NCBI GenBank assembly: GCA_018920185.1
Contig: JAHLMT010000001.1
Span: forward strand, 9,875 to 73,874
Length of the DNA stretch: 64,000 bases
Direction of reading: 5' to 3'
From: Candidatus Aenigmatarchaeota archaeon
GTDB lineage: Archaea; Aenigmatarchaeota; Aenigmatarchaeia; CG10238-14; SCSR01
Shown here: piece after piece, positions 1-10,459 of the stretch
Layout of the letters: each line of letters starts with the position of its first letter
Numbering within the stretch: position 1 is the first letter of the stretch
Program-made: the position numbers and the translations under genes
Notes under the pieces: model-generated
Database searches by the model: none
What the model saw: only the letters and a program-made list of their open reading frames with translations
What the model was told of the DNA's origin: nothing

Positions 1-93
1 AAAAAAAGATATCCATTCATGATGGTTATTCATTAAAAGAGTTTCTTAAAAAGATTTAATAATAAAATCTTTAAATTAATAATCGGTGATTGG

Positions 94-636
94 TTGGCAG
101 TTTTAGTTAAAGATGTGATGTCATCACCCGCTCTTACAATCGATATTAATAAAACAGCTCGGGATGCAGGGAAGTTAATGCGAAAGCATAGAAGAGGATT
201 TCTTATAGTTACAGAAAAAACCAAACCCGTAGGCGTAATATCTGAAAGTGATTTGATAGAAGAAGTTGTTTGTAAAAATATCAGATCCGATAAAGTAAAA
301 TTAAAGAATTTAATGCACGAACCTATAATCGCGGTTGGTCCAGAAGATACTATCTTGACCGCATCTAGAAAAATGAAAGAAAACAACATACACAGATTAC
401 CTGTTATAGAAAATGGTAAAGTCATAGGCGTAATATCTTTAACTGATATAGCAAGAACTTCACCAGAAATGCTAGACTTACTTGAGTACAGACTTAAAAT
501 GAAAGAAAAGCCTTTTGAAATAAAGGAGAAAACGACTATTGGAATATGTGATTCGTGTGATAATTACTCGGATGATCTTAGAATTGTAGATGACCAATGG
601 CTTTGTGAAGATTGTAGAGAAGAAAGTGAATTATGA
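94..636 (+). CDS. CBS-domain pair protein with C-terminal zinc ribbon (CxxC...CxxC)
   Basis: 180-aa ORF. Tandem CBS-like segments; C-terminus CDSCDNYSDD...CEDCREE. Confidence 0.65.
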   Translation: MAVLVKDVMSSPALTIDINKTARDAGKLMRKHRRGFLIVTEKTKPVGVISESDLIEEVVCKNIRSDKVKLKNLMHEPIIAVGPEDTILTASRKMKENNIHRLPVIENGKVIGVISLTDIARTSPEMLDLLEYRLKMKEKPFEIKEKTTIGICDSCDNYSDDLRIVDDQWLCEDCREESEL

Positions 637-1415
637 TTAAGCTAGAAAGTGATATTAGTAATGAAAGCATTATAAATATAGCTAATTTATCACCGGCTTA
701 TGTATTTGATTTTGAAAATATTTCAAATACCGTCAAGACAATAATTTCATCAGGTCATAGAAGGATACCAGTTGTTTCTAAAAATAATAACTTAGTTGGA
801 ATTCTAACTTACATGGATATACTTGATGCTCTTTTAAGAGGTCTGACCAGAAATACACAAGTCTCAACATTTATGACAAGAGAAGTTATATTTTGTGAAT
901 CTACCGAAGACATCAAATTTGTTTTACAAAAGTTAAAATTATCTAGGCGCGGAGGTCTACCTGTTGTTAAAAATATGAAGTTAATCGGAATGGTAAGTGA
1001 GCGAGATTTTATTCGAATTCTTTTAAACCAATATTTTGATATTCCTGTAGGAAGAGTGATGACCCATAAACCGTTTTTTATTACGCCGAACACATCTATT
1101 TTAAACTGCATGAAAACAATGGTTAACACACATTACAGAAGACTACCCATAGTTAGTGGCAAAGAAGTTATCGGAATTGTTACAGGGTTGGATGTACTAC
1201 AGTTTATTAACGAAACAAATTATAATTTAACCAGACTGAATGAAAATGTGGAAAGTATAATGTCAACTCCTGTGAAATACGTCACAGAGCACGATGATGT
1301 ATCAGATGCTATAAGAATAATGTTAGAGAATAATATCGGCGGTTTACCTGTAATAAATGAAGAAAACATGCTTAAAGGTATAATTACTGAAAGGGATATA
1401 ATAGAATTGATCTGA
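633..1415 (+). CDS. Protein with four CBS domains
   Basis: 260-aa ORF with repeated CBS-type motifs (e.g. GHRRIPVV, RRLPIV, GGLPVI). Start overlaps the upstream stop as ATGA. Confidence 0.65.
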   Translation: MIKLESDISNESIINIANLSPAYVFDFENISNTVKTIISSGHRRIPVVSKNNNLVGILTYMDILDALLRGLTRNTQVSTFMTREVIFCESTEDIKFVLQKLKLSRRGGLPVVKNMKLIGMVSERDFIRILLNQYFDIPVGRVMTHKPFFITPNTSILNCMKTMVNTHYRRLPIVSGKEVIGIVTGLDVLQFINETNYNLTRLNENVESIMSTPVKYVTEHDDVSDAIRIMLENNIGGLPVINEENMLKGIITERDIIELI

Positions 1416-1418
1416 ATT

Positions 1419-1763
1419 ATGTTCGAGGAGCATCAAAAAAAGTTTCTATCGGATATACAAAAAAGTAACGTCCTTCTTCTCGTAGAAGGTAAGAAAGATT
1501 ATGAAGCTTTGAAAAAAGCGGGTATCGATAATATATTTGAAATTTCGGGGAGACAACTCGAAAAAATAGCTGATCTTATTAAAACCACATGTACCCGAGT
1601 TGCAGTCCTAACAGACTTTGATAGAGAAGGTATAAAGCAATATAAAAGGCTGAAAAAATTGCTTCTTTCAAATGAAGTAAAAATAGACGATGATATACGC
1701 AGAAAATTTAAACACATTTTTCATGTGAATAAAATAGAAGAATTGAATGGTTACTTTAAATAA
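1419..1763 (+). CDS. Small Toprim-domain protein
   Basis: 114 aa. Conserved E (LLVEGKKD) and DxD (LTDFDREG) Toprim motifs. Confidence 0.55.
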   Translation: MFEEHQKKFLSDIQKSNVLLLVEGKKDYEALKKAGIDNIFEISGRQLEKIADLIKTTCTRVAVLTDFDREGIKQYKRLKKLLLSNEVKIDDDIRRKFKHIFHVNKIEELNGYFK

Positions 1764-2281
1764 CTTTTGTGTAAGATTGTATAAATAGGGCCGGTTCTTG
1801 TTAATACACTTTCAATTAAACATATACTATCAACTTTTACGGATGTTTCTTTACAAACCATTTTTGATATACCTTTAATAAAAAGTGGTTTATTTTCAAT
1901 TGTTTTCACCCTCGCTAGTGTTACATGTGTGGGGTTGCTCTCCCCGTCTACAGTTTTTACAATTTCTTTTCTGATAGACTCTAAAATATCACTTTTTACT
2001 TCTAAGGCTATAACTCGTGTAAATTTTTCATTTGGTATCAGAATTATATTTCCAAGAATAAGCTCAAATTTTGTATATCTTTCGGATATTTTGTCAAGAA
2101 CAGATTTGATTGCTTCAAGTTCATCTCTTTCAACATTGTTGAGAAATGACAAACTTATGTGAAGATTCTCAGGTTCGACAAATTTTGCTTTAAGTTGTAA
2201 AGCCTCTAATTGTCTTTGCAAACTTACTAAATACTCTTTAACATCTTCGGGGAAAAATATTCCTATGAACGCCCTTACCAT
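1751..2281 (-). CDS. ligT: RNA 2',3'-cyclic phosphodiesterase / 2'-5' RNA ligase family (LigT/ThpR)
   Basis: Two H-x-T/S-x motifs (HISLSF, HVTLAR). The listed ORF runs to 2476, but an internal Met (MVRAFIG) at 2281 gives a typical ~177-aa protein and avoids overlap with the + strand PRC-barrel gene. Confidence 0.6.
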   Translation of the reverse strand: MVRAFIGIFFPEDVKEYLVSLQRQLEALQLKAKFVEPENLHISLSFLNNVERDELEAIKSVLDKISERYTKFELILGNIILIPNEKFTRVIALEVKSDILESIRKEIVKTVDGESNPTHVTLARVKTIENKPLFIKGISKMVCKETSVKVDSICLIESVLTRTGPIYTILHKSYLK

Positions 2282-2323
2282 AAAACTTATTAAATTTAAT
2301 AAACTAATTATATCTAGAGTTCT

Positions 2324-2587
2324 ATGGGAGAAACGCGAATAAGAGCCGGAGACGTGGTTGGTAAGACGATAATAAGTGAAGAAACTGGACGAAAATTTGG
2401 GGTTGTTACTAACATAGACTTTGTTACAGAAAGCGGTGAATTGATGAATATTATTGTCGATCAACCTACCAAACATTTATTGGAGTTGAATCTTAAAACA
2501 GACGAGAAAGGAAGATTATTGATACCATTCAGTTCTGTTAAATCTATAGGCGATTTCGTCATTATTAGTGAAAATGAACTTATTTAA
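2324..2587 (+). CDS. PRC-barrel domain protein
   Basis: 87-aa ORF with typical archaeal stand-alone PRC-barrel composition (GxxVxxxxGxxxGxVxDxxxD-like). Confidence 0.5.
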   Translation: MGETRIRAGDVVGKTIISEETGRKFGVVTNIDFVTESGELMNIIVDQPTKHLLELNLKTDEKGRLLIPFSSVKSIGDFVIISENELI

Positions 2588-3561
2588 AACCAATTTATTT
2601 TTATTTCGTCTATCCTCCATCTTGGGTTAATTTTATCTTTTAGATTCGAAGACCACCCAGACTTATAAGATAAAAGTCCAACCCAACTTATCATTGCACC
2701 TTGATCTCCAGAATACTCGTGTGGTACAACATATAGCTTGCCACCTCTCTCTCCCACCATTACATCAAACATATTCTGTAATCTTTTGTTGGCTGCCACA
2801 CCACCAACTAATAGAACTTCGTTCTTTCCTGTGTGAGCAAGAGCCCTCTCAGTTACTTCTACAACCATCGAAAAACATGTTTCTTGTACGCTGTAGCAAA
2901 TGTCTTCCTTAGGAATACCCCGTTTGAGCTTATTAATAGCAGCCGTTAATGTACCAGAAAAGGACAAATCACACCCTTTTACAGTATATGGAAGTTCTAC
3001 AAAATTTCCTTTCAAAGCAAGCTTTTCTATATATGGTCCACCAGGCGAAGATAAACCTATTTCCCTCGCTAACATATCGACAACATTACCCAAGGTAATA
3101 TTCTCAGTTTCGCCAAAGATTTTGTAATAACCTTCGGTGTATCCAATAATAGCTGTATGTCCACCAGAGAGATATACAATGATCGGGTCCTTTGCACCTG
3201 TTGTTAGTCGACCAATTTCAATGTGACCCACTCCATGATGAACAGGAACCAATGGTTTGTTGTAATCTGTTGAAATTTTTTCGGCAAAATTTGCGGTTAC
3301 AAGCAAACAAGGCGCCAATCCAGGACCAGCAGAGTATGCTATCACATCAATATCCCTCATAGTTATATCTGCTTTTTCTAAGCTTCTTCTTAAAATTTCT
3401 TCTTTCACTTTACTATGATGTTCAGCAGCATCTGTAGGAATAATGCCCTTACCCAATGGGGCAATGTATGAGGATTTTTCATTTGATAAAATTTCGCCTT
3501 TTTCATTTACTATTCCACAACCGAAAGTGTGCGCAGTTCCCTCCAGACCAAGTGATATCAT
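2584..3561 (-). CDS. kae1: tRNA N6-adenosine threonylcarbamoyltransferase Kae1
   Basis: 325 aa. N-terminal GLEGTAHTFGCGIV and metal-binding His pair (HHGVGHIE), characteristic of Kae1/OSGEP. Not fused to Bud32. Confidence 0.85.
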   Translation of the reverse strand: MISLGLEGTAHTFGCGIVNEKGEILSNEKSSYIAPLGKGIIPTDAAEHHSKVKEEILRRSLEKADITMRDIDVIAYSAGPGLAPCLLVTANFAEKISTDYNKPLVPVHHGVGHIEIGRLTTGAKDPIIVYLSGGHTAIIGYTEGYYKIFGETENITLGNVVDMLAREIGLSSPGGPYIEKLALKGNFVELPYTVKGCDLSFSGTLTAAINKLKRGIPKEDICYSVQETCFSMVVEVTERALAHTGKNEVLLVGGVAANKRLQNMFDVMVGERGGKLYVVPHEYSGDQGAMISWVGLLSYKSGWSSNLKDKINPRWRIDEIKINWF

Positions 3562-3611
3562 TTCTACTCACTATGTATAAAACAAAAATATTATAAATAG
3601 ACATTCTATTC

Positions 3612-5804
3612 ATGAAAGTTGATGAATTAACAGAGTATGGTATGCCAGAAAAGTATGTTGTAAAATTGAAAGAAGAAAAAATTTCGGAGCTATATCCTCC
3701 ACAAGCAGAGGTAATTAAAAAGGGTTTATTTAAAAAAAGAAATCTCATACTCTCACTACCGACGGCTAGTGGTAAGACATTGATTGCTACAATAGCGATG
3801 ATCCACAATCTTTTGGAGAAAAGGCAATCTAAGGTTGTTTATATTGCTCCTCTTGTTGCCTTAGCTAGTGAAAAGTACCAATACTTTAAAAATTTCTTCG
3901 GTAAAGATTTCAAAGTAGCTATAAGCGTCGGCGATTTAGATTCTTCTGACCCGTGGTTAGCAGACTATGATATTATTTGTGTTACAACAGAAAAATTAGA
4001 TAGTTTGTTACGTCACAATGTTGCTTGGGTAAATAAGATAGGTTTAATTATAGTTGATGAAATACACGTACTTAATGATTCTTCCCGTGGTCCTACATTA
4101 GAAATCTTATTAACAAAACTAAGGAGAATAGTTCCGAATGCACAAATATTGGGTCTATCAGCTACAATAAATAATGCTGGCGAGTTAGCAAAGTGGCTTA
4201 ATGCTACATTAGTATCGAGTAATTTCAGGCCGATTAAACTATACGAAGGTGTATTTTTTGATTCGAAAATTCAATTTGATGAAAAAGAAGGGTATGTCCT
4301 AAACAATTCTGAAGATCAAGAAAATGCAATAGTAGAAAACACACTAGACATGAATAAACAAGCTTTGATATTTACCTCGACAAGGAAGAACGCAGAAAGT
4401 CTAGCAGAGAAATTGTGTAAAACCGTGAGTTTAAAACTCAAATATGAAGAACGTTCTCAATTAAAATCTTTAGCAAATGATATAGAACATGTTTTAGAAT
4501 ATCCTACACAACAGTGTAAGAAAATAGCGAAGTGTATTAGAAGTGGAGTTGCATTTCACCATGCAGGATTATTAAGTGAACAGAAAAAATTAATTGAAAA
4601 TAATTTTAGGAATGGTCTAATAAAAATAATCGTCGCAACCCCAACTTTATCGATGGGTGTTAATCTTCCAGCGTTTAGAGTAATAATTAGAGATGCCAAA
4701 CGTTATCATCCGGGATTTGGTGCAATCTATATACCGGTTTTAGAATATAAACAATTTGTCGGGCGGGCTGGCAGACCTTCTTATGACAAATTCGGCGAAT
4801 CTATTTTACTAGCTAAATCGGAAGATGAAGCAAGGGATTTAATACAACATTATATATACGGTCAACTAGAGGATATCACATCCAAACTTGCATTAGAACC
4901 AGTGTTAAGAATGCATACATTAAGTTTAATAGCTAGTGAGTTCTGTAATTCTGAAGAAGAAATTTTCGAATTTTTCAGCAAAACTTTTTATGCTTTCCAT
5001 TACGGCGATATAGAGCTTGTAAAAGGAAAAATATACGATATTATTGAACAACTTTTAGAATGGAAATTGATAAAGAAAAGCGGAAACAAGATAAATGCAA
5101 CTAGAATAGGTAAAAGAGTTTCAGAGCTATACATCGACCCATTAACTGCTCATAAATTTTTAGAAGCATTGAATTTTCGAAAGGATAGACAGATTGAAGA
5201 ATTTAGTTTTCTACAACTTATTTCAAACACTTTGGAAATGAAACCTTTGTTATCTGTTAGAGATTCTGAAATAGTGAATATAGAACAAATAATATTACAA
5301 AGAAGCAGACAAATTTTACAAGACATACCAGAAGAATATGATTTTGAGTTTGAAAATTTCTTAGAATCTATAAAAACAGCTTCGATGCTTGAAAGTTGGA
5401 TTAACGAAGCCACAGAAGATCAAATTCTCACTAAATTCAAAGTTACACCCGGCGAATTATACAACAAATTACAGATTGTTGATTGGTTGATGTACAGCTT
5501 GTATGAGTTAGCTCTCCTAAGTGGACACAAAGAACTCCTGAGACCTTTAAGAAAATTGAGAATAAGACTCAAGTACGGTATTAGAGAAGAATTGATACCA
5601 CTTGTAAAATTAAAAGGAATAGGGAGAACAAGAGCTCGAAGATTATTTAACAAAGGTTTAGATTCTCTTGAGAAATTGGAAAAGATCTCATTAGAGAGAC
5701 TATCAGAAATTATAGGTGTAAAAATAGCAAATGAAATTAAAAATCAGCTGGAAAATAAAACTGAAAAATTAAAAGAGAAGCAAATCACACTAAAGAAATT
5801 TTAG
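3612..5804 (+). CDS. hel308: Hel308/Hjm-type Ski2-like DNA helicase
   Basis: 730 aa. Walker A PTASGKT, DEIH box, SAT motif, plus C-terminal winged-helix/HhH region typical of Hel308. Confidence 0.85.
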   Translation: MKVDELTEYGMPEKYVVKLKEEKISELYPPQAEVIKKGLFKKRNLILSLPTASGKTLIATIAMIHNLLEKRQSKVVYIAPLVALASEKYQYFKNFFGKDFKVAISVGDLDSSDPWLADYDIICVTTEKLDSLLRHNVAWVNKIGLIIVDEIHVLNDSSRGPTLEILLTKLRRIVPNAQILGLSATINNAGELAKWLNATLVSSNFRPIKLYEGVFFDSKIQFDEKEGYVLNNSEDQENAIVENTLDMNKQALIFTSTRKNAESLAEKLCKTVSLKLKYEERSQLKSLANDIEHVLEYPTQQCKKIAKCIRSGVAFHHAGLLSEQKKLIENNFRNGLIKIIVATPTLSMGVNLPAFRVIIRDAKRYHPGFGAIYIPVLEYKQFVGRAGRPSYDKFGESILLAKSEDEARDLIQHYIYGQLEDITSKLALEPVLRMHTLSLIASEFCNSEEEIFEFFSKTFYAFHYGDIELVKGKIYDIIEQLLEWKLIKKSGNKINATRIGKRVSELYIDPLTAHKFLEALNFRKDRQIEEFSFLQLISNTLEMKPLLSVRDSEIVNIEQIILQRSRQILQDIPEEYDFEFENFLESIKTASMLESWINEATEDQILTKFKVTPGELYNKLQIVDWLMYSLYELALLSGHKELLRPLRKLRIRLKYGIREELIPLVKLKGIGRTRARRLFNKGLDSLEKLEKISLERLSEIIGVKIANEIKNQLENKTEKLKEKQITLKKF

Positions 5805-5835
5805 TAGCTTTATCATTGGATAATTTTAGGTCTAA

Positions 5836-5920
5836 TGGGGTCGCTGGGATTTGAACCCAGATTTCTACCATTTTCGTCTTTCCCGAAGGTAGTATCCTAA
5901 CCAAGTTAGATGACAACCCC
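5836..5920 (-). tRNA. tRNA-Pro (anticodon CGG) with ~11-nt intron at canonical 37/38 position
   Basis: Hand-folded cloverleaf. Acceptor GGGGTTG/CGACCCC with discriminator A; D stem ATCT/GGAT; anticodon stem CTACC/GGTAG; loop TTCGGG+T with an 11-nt insert; T arm CTGGG-TTCAAAT-CCCAG. No encoded CCA. Confidence 0.6.
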
Positions 5921-6004
5921 CATACACAAATTTAAAACATATTTCCAATACCATTTATCGAATTTTTAAAGTTTTACCGCACAACTGTAACAGAATTAGT
6001 TATT

Positions 6005-6757
6005 TTATTCCAACTTTCTCGCGAAAGTTAGCCAACCAGTGTGCATCAATCCCATAGATTTAGGTCTCGTGGTTCTCTCAGTTTGCCACTCTCTTACAAT
6101 ATTCTCAATAGTTTTTACTTCAGAAAATCCTCTTTTTCTAATCTCTTTTGTAACTTTTATCACTTCCTCTATTGTAGGAGAATAAACAACTAACCACCCA
6201 CCAGTTTTCAGGGATTTGTAAGCATGCTTAATTAACTTTTCGGGATGTTGCAAATCTAATGTTATTAAATCGACGTTTCTTTCTGATATACCACCTGACA
6301 CGTCTTTTTGTTTCATTTGTATATTTTTAAGACCAGATAATTTTATATTCTCTCCAGCAATTTTAATGAATCTCTTATCTTTTTCATAAGTTATAACCTT
6401 TCCTTTGGATAAATAATTTGCAAGAAAGATGGCAAGATATGCAGAACCAGTACCAATATCTACTACTAAACTATCCGAGGATATGCCAGTATATCCAAGT
6501 ATAAGACTAGCATCTTTAGGCAAAATTACTTGTGCCGTTCTAGTTAAGCATTTTTCAAATAAATCTAAAACCGAAGGTTTAACAATTACAAACTCTTTCC
6601 CAAGATGTGTTTTAATTTTTGAACCATAATTTTTTCCAATCAATCTACTTAGATTAATCATTCCACTTCTGCCATTAAAAATTTTTTTAGAAACACTTAC
6701 AACATAAGACTCGTCTTTACTTAATAATAAGACCTTATCGTTTAGCTTAATTTTCAT
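6005..6757 (-). CDS. trmI: tRNA (adenine57/58-N1)-methyltransferase TrmI (Gcd14 family)
   Basis: 250 aa. SAM motif VVDIGTGSAYLA; overall Gcd14/TrmI architecture. Confidence 0.7.
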   Translation of the reverse strand: MKIKLNDKVLLLSKDESYVVSVSKKIFNGRSGMINLSRLIGKNYGSKIKTHLGKEFVIVKPSVLDLFEKCLTRTAQVILPKDASLILGYTGISSDSLVVDIGTGSAYLAIFLANYLSKGKVITYEKDKRFIKIAGENIKLSGLKNIQMKQKDVSGGISERNVDLITLDLQHPEKLIKHAYKSLKTGGWLVVYSPTIEEVIKVTKEIRKRGFSEVKTIENIVREWQTERTTRPKSMGLMHTGWLTFARKLE

Positions 6758-6758
6758 A

Positions 6759-7715
6759 TCATTTTAGTTCTCTTGCTAATTCTTTTAACTTTTGTATTCG
6801 TACATCAACCGGAGGATGGGTCTGAAACAGGTTTAATAATAAATCTCTTTTAAATGGATTAACTATCCACAAATGTGCAGTGGCGCTGTTACCAATAATT
6901 GGGTGTTGTCTGGCAATTTTAGAAATCTTTTCTAATGCTGCTGCAAGGTCGAGTGGTTTCTTAGATATTATAGCACCCGTTCTATCCGCTGCAAATTCCC
7001 TTGTTCTAGTGATTGCCAATTGAATTAACATGGCAGCTATAGGAGCTAATAAAACTAAAGGTAAAAAGAGCAAACCACCACCTTGTCGTCTATTATTGCC
7101 TGTTAAAAGACTGTACCACGCGATTTGGGCAATGTAAGCAATAGCTCCTGCTATAGTCGCGGCAATAGTTGACGTGAGCGTATCTCTGTTTTTAATATGC
7201 GCGAGTTCATGTGACATAACACCTTCTATCTCATTCCAGTTAAGATGTTTTAGCAATCCAGACGTCACCGCAACAGCAGAATTATTGTAATTTCTACCTG
7301 TTGCAAACGCATTTAATATCGGTAGATCTACAAGGTAAACTTTAGGTTTAGGTATTTTCATCTCTTTTGATAACTTCTCTATAATTTCGTGCAATTTAGG
7401 TTCGGCGGATTTCTGAATTGGTCTAGCTCTATACATAGCCAAAACTATCTTGTCAGAAAACCAATATGATAAGAAATTCATTACAAAAGCTATTATTAAG
7501 AAGATGGTCATCCCAAACATTCCTTGCCACAGCCAGCCGATGGTGAGTAATAAACCTGTTAATAATCCTAGCAGCAAAGCTGTTCTCAAATAAGACATAT
7601 TTTCTACTAAGTTTATTCTTTTTAAATGTTTTTGTATTGTTATAAATTCGTTTGCCAACCAAATTACTGTGACATAAATTATATTTTTCACTCTGTTAAT
7701 AACCTCTTCTCGCAA
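6759..7715 (-). CDS. htpX: Zinc metalloprotease HtpX homolog
   Basis: 318 aa with N-terminal transmembrane segments, HELAH zinc motif, and downstream EFAAD. Confidence 0.8.
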   Translation of the reverse strand: MREEVINRVKNIIYVTVIWLANEFITIQKHLKRINLVENMSYLRTALLLGLLTGLLLTIGWLWQGMFGMTIFLIIAFVMNFLSYWFSDKIVLAMYRARPIQKSAEPKLHEIIEKLSKEMKIPKPKVYLVDLPILNAFATGRNYNNSAVAVTSGLLKHLNWNEIEGVMSHELAHIKNRDTLTSTIAATIAGAIAYIAQIAWYSLLTGNNRRQGGGLLFLPLVLLAPIAAMLIQLAITRTREFAADRTGAIISKKPLDLAAALEKISKIARQHPIIGNSATAHLWIVNPFKRDLLLNLFQTHPPVDVRIQKLKELARELK

Positions 7716-7959
7716 GAATAAGGAAAACTATTGCCAAAATTATAGAAATTGCTATTATTAGGTATAAAAGTTCTTTTCTGGTAGCAAATCCAAAAGGAAT
7801 AGGACCGATAAATCCTCCAAACGCAAAGCCAACTTTATCTTTTTTCGTAGCAGAAACTATACCACCTATTATTATTAAGATAATTCCAATCAAGACAACT
7901 ATAAAACCAATTGGTATCAATTGTTCAACCATTTTTAATAACCTTTGGTATTTTTTCAA
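7696..7959 (-). CDS. Small integral membrane protein (2 TM)
   Basis: 87-aa hydrophobic ORF that overlaps the neighbouring genes by a few codons. Confidence 0.4.
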   Translation of the reverse strand: MKKYQRLLKMVEQLIPIGFIVVLIGIILIIIGGIVSATKKDKVGFAFGGFIGPIPFGFATRKELLYLIIAISIILAIVFLILARRGY

Positions 7960-8818
7960 TTAAATCCAATGGAGTCATTCCTTCCCCATAATCTTTGGCA
8001 GCTAATTCTCCAGCTCTGCCATTGATGTAAGCTGCTGTTTGTGCCGCTATAAATGTATCGATACCTCTAGCTAATAATGCTCCAGATATACCGGCTAGAG
8101 TATCGCCGCATCCTCCAACGCTCATAAAAGGTGAACCTGTTTTATTTAGGACAACTTCTTTCCCGTTAGATATCACATCAACATGCCCCTTAAGTACAAC
8201 TGTTGCTGGTGGAACAATTGGACAGATTTTGTTTAAAGAAGACCCACAGTTTATTTTGTATACTTCGTTCTTTACAACCTTTATCCTTTGTTTGACATCT
8301 GTTGTAACTTTAATGCCAGTTAATTCATGAAATTCGTCGGCATGTGGTAAAAGAATGCAATTTTTCATGTACAATTTTTCTTTAGCTGTTGATATTGCTC
8401 TAATTGCATCGGCATCTATAACTAGCGGCAAATTAATTTTTTCTATTAACTCAACGATTGATTTTCTTGTTTCTTCTTTTCGCCATAGGCCATTCCCGAT
8501 TACAACAGCTTTTGGTTTTATCTTTTCCATGAAGTCTAAAATTTTAGGAATGTGTTTTATTTCAAGTTGCTCCCCCTCTAATGGTCGAGTAATTAGAAGA
8601 GGCGAATAATTTGCTGTAACATCCATTGCTCTTTCTGGGCCAGTTAAAAAAACTAAATCACAACCAGCACGATAAGCAGCCATACCGACAAAAATCGGAG
8701 AGCCTGTGTTCCATTCATTACCAACAATACAAAACAATCTTCCAAATTGGCCTTTATGACACCAAGGGCTTCTTTTCTTGTAAACTTTTTTAAGAATAGA
8801 TTTAGATACGTATCTCAT
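7925..8818 (-). CDS. nnrD: ADP-dependent NAD(P)H-hydrate dehydratase (YjeF C-terminal family)
   Basis: 297 aa. GGCGDTLAG motif of the carbohydrate-kinase-like YjeF-C domain. Confidence 0.75.
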   Translation of the reverse strand: MRYVSKSILKKVYKKRSPWCHKGQFGRLFCIVGNEWNTGSPIFVGMAAYRAGCDLVFLTGPERAMDVTANYSPLLITRPLEGEQLEIKHIPKILDFMEKIKPKAVVIGNGLWRKEETRKSIVELIEKINLPLVIDADAIRAISTAKEKLYMKNCILLPHADEFHELTGIKVTTDVKQRIKVVKNEVYKINCGSSLNKICPIVPPATVVLKGHVDVISNGKEVVLNKTGSPFMSVGGCGDTLAGISGALLARGIDTFIAAQTAAYINGRAGELAAKDYGEGMTPLDLIEKIPKVIKNG

Positions 8819-8849
8819 AATATAAAGTTAATTATTTTAAATTAAACAC

Positions 8850-9833
8850 ATGGCACTGTATAAAGTAAAGACTTTCATTGGAATATTCACGATCGATGAC
8901 AATAAGAAAGTAATTTCATTCAGCCCTTTCCCTAAAGACCCGATATTAGTTGCATCTAGATTAAAAGATGAAGTTGATGAAGCTCCTGAAGAAATTGAAA
9001 ATTTTTTGAAAGAAAATCTTTTGAGATATGCACTTGAATACAAGTTTGTTAAAAACCAGGCCGAATTTAATCAATTTCTAACAGAAGTAAATTCTGAAAT
9101 AGCAAAACAGAAAATAAAAGAAATCGTTAGTAGAGATGTTTTAATAATTCACACTAATAACGCAATTGAAGAATTAGATAAATCTATAAATATTTTTATC
9201 GAACGACTAAGAGAATGGTATTCCTTACATTTTCCTGAAATGGATAAAGTAATTGAAGATCATAAAACTTTTGCAAAATTAATAGAAAAATTTGGTAATA
9301 GAAAAGACATAGATGACAAAAGATTGAATCAATTTAAAGAAAAAAGTATGGGAATAGATTTCACGCAAGAAGATATAGAGACTGTAAAAGCTTTGGCAAC
9401 TACTATAATAAAACTCTATGAATTACGTGAAAGATTTTCAAATTATCTTAGTAAACTGCTAAAAGAAATAGCGCCTAATTTTTCTGTTATTGCTGGAGAT
9501 GTTGTTGCGGCTAAGCTTATTGCAAAAGCAGGTGGGTTAGAACGATTAGCTAGAATGCCCTCTTCGACTATACAATTACTTGGGGCTGAAAAAGCATTAT
9601 TCAGATTTCTTAAATCTAAGGAAAAATTCAAATCTCCAAAGTTTGGGCTTATTTATAATCATCCGCTGATAAAAAGTGCGCCGAAAGATAAACAAGGTAA
9701 GATAGCTCGTTTATTATCGTCTAAATTATCAATTGCTGCAAGAATTGATTACTACTCAAAAGAGTACAAAGCAGATAAAATGAAAAAAGAATTGGAAGAA
9801 AGAGTCAAAGAAGTTCTAGTGGCGAAAAAATGA
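8850..9833 (+). CDS. nop5: Nop5/Nop56 box C/D snoRNP protein
   Basis: 327 aa. Nop domain (AGDVVAAKLIAKAGGLERLARMPSSTIQLLGAEKALF). Confidence 0.85.
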   Translation: MALYKVKTFIGIFTIDDNKKVISFSPFPKDPILVASRLKDEVDEAPEEIENFLKENLLRYALEYKFVKNQAEFNQFLTEVNSEIAKQKIKEIVSRDVLIIHTNNAIEELDKSINIFIERLREWYSLHFPEMDKVIEDHKTFAKLIEKFGNRKDIDDKRLNQFKEKSMGIDFTQEDIETVKALATTIIKLYELRERFSNYLSKLLKEIAPNFSVIAGDVVAAKLIAKAGGLERLARMPSSTIQLLGAEKALFRFLKSKEKFKSPKFGLIYNHPLIKSAPKDKQGKIARLLSSKLSIAARIDYYSKEYKADKMKKELEERVKEVLVAKK

Positions 9834-10429
9834 AAGTTGTTGGAATAGATTTAGCTGGCACATCAAAAAAGAAAACAGGTTTTTGTATTTTAGACGGAAA
9901 ATTAAATGTAAAAACTTCTGTTCTGACTACAGACAAAGAAATAATTAAAGAAACTGTAAAAGAAAATCCAGATATTATAAGTATAGATGCACCACTAGCA
10001 CTTCCGAAAGGTAGAGATTGTTTAAAGAAAACTTGTTCTTGTAGAAAATACGGACATCTTAGAAAATGTGATAGAGAATTATTGAACATGGGAATAAAAT
10101 TTTTCCCAATAACATTAGGACCAATGAGAAAGTTAACATTACGTGGTATAAAACTTCGTTGTAAGTTTGAAAAATTGGGATTTAAAGTAATTGAAAGTTA
10201 TCCGGGTGCTATACAAGATATTTTAAAAATTCCTAGGAAACAAAAAGGAATAGAAAAACTGAGGAAGGCTTTGATTAAGTACGGTTTTAGAGGTGATGTT
10301 TACAAAAAGGATATAACTGATGACGAATTAGACGCTATTACTTCTGCATTAGTTGGAAAAATGTATTTAGAAAATAAATATACGGCTATAGGCGACCCAG
10401 AAGAAATTTTAATGATTTTACCAAAATAG
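9830..10429 (+). CDS. RNase H-like fold protein (DUF429-like), function unknown
   Basis: 199 aa. N-terminal VVGIDLAG motif typical of RNase H-like/YqgF-like folds. Start overlaps the nop5 stop as ATGA. Confidence 0.5.
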   Translation: MKVVGIDLAGTSKKKTGFCILDGKLNVKTSVLTTDKEIIKETVKENPDIISIDAPLALPKGRDCLKKTCSCRKYGHLRKCDRELLNMGIKFFPITLGPMRKLTLRGIKLRCKFEKLGFKVIESYPGAIQDILKIPRKQKGIEKLRKALIKYGFRGDVYKKDITDDELDAITSALVGKMYLENKYTAIGDPEEILMILPK

Positions 10430-10459
10430 TTTTTATTCGACTCTTAAAAACTAAATTAT

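Noticed and set aside
1751-2476. Full 241-aa extent of the minus-strand LigT ORF
   Set aside because: The N-terminal 65 codons overlap the + strand PRC-barrel gene and the promoter region. The LigT fold begins at the internal Met at 2281.
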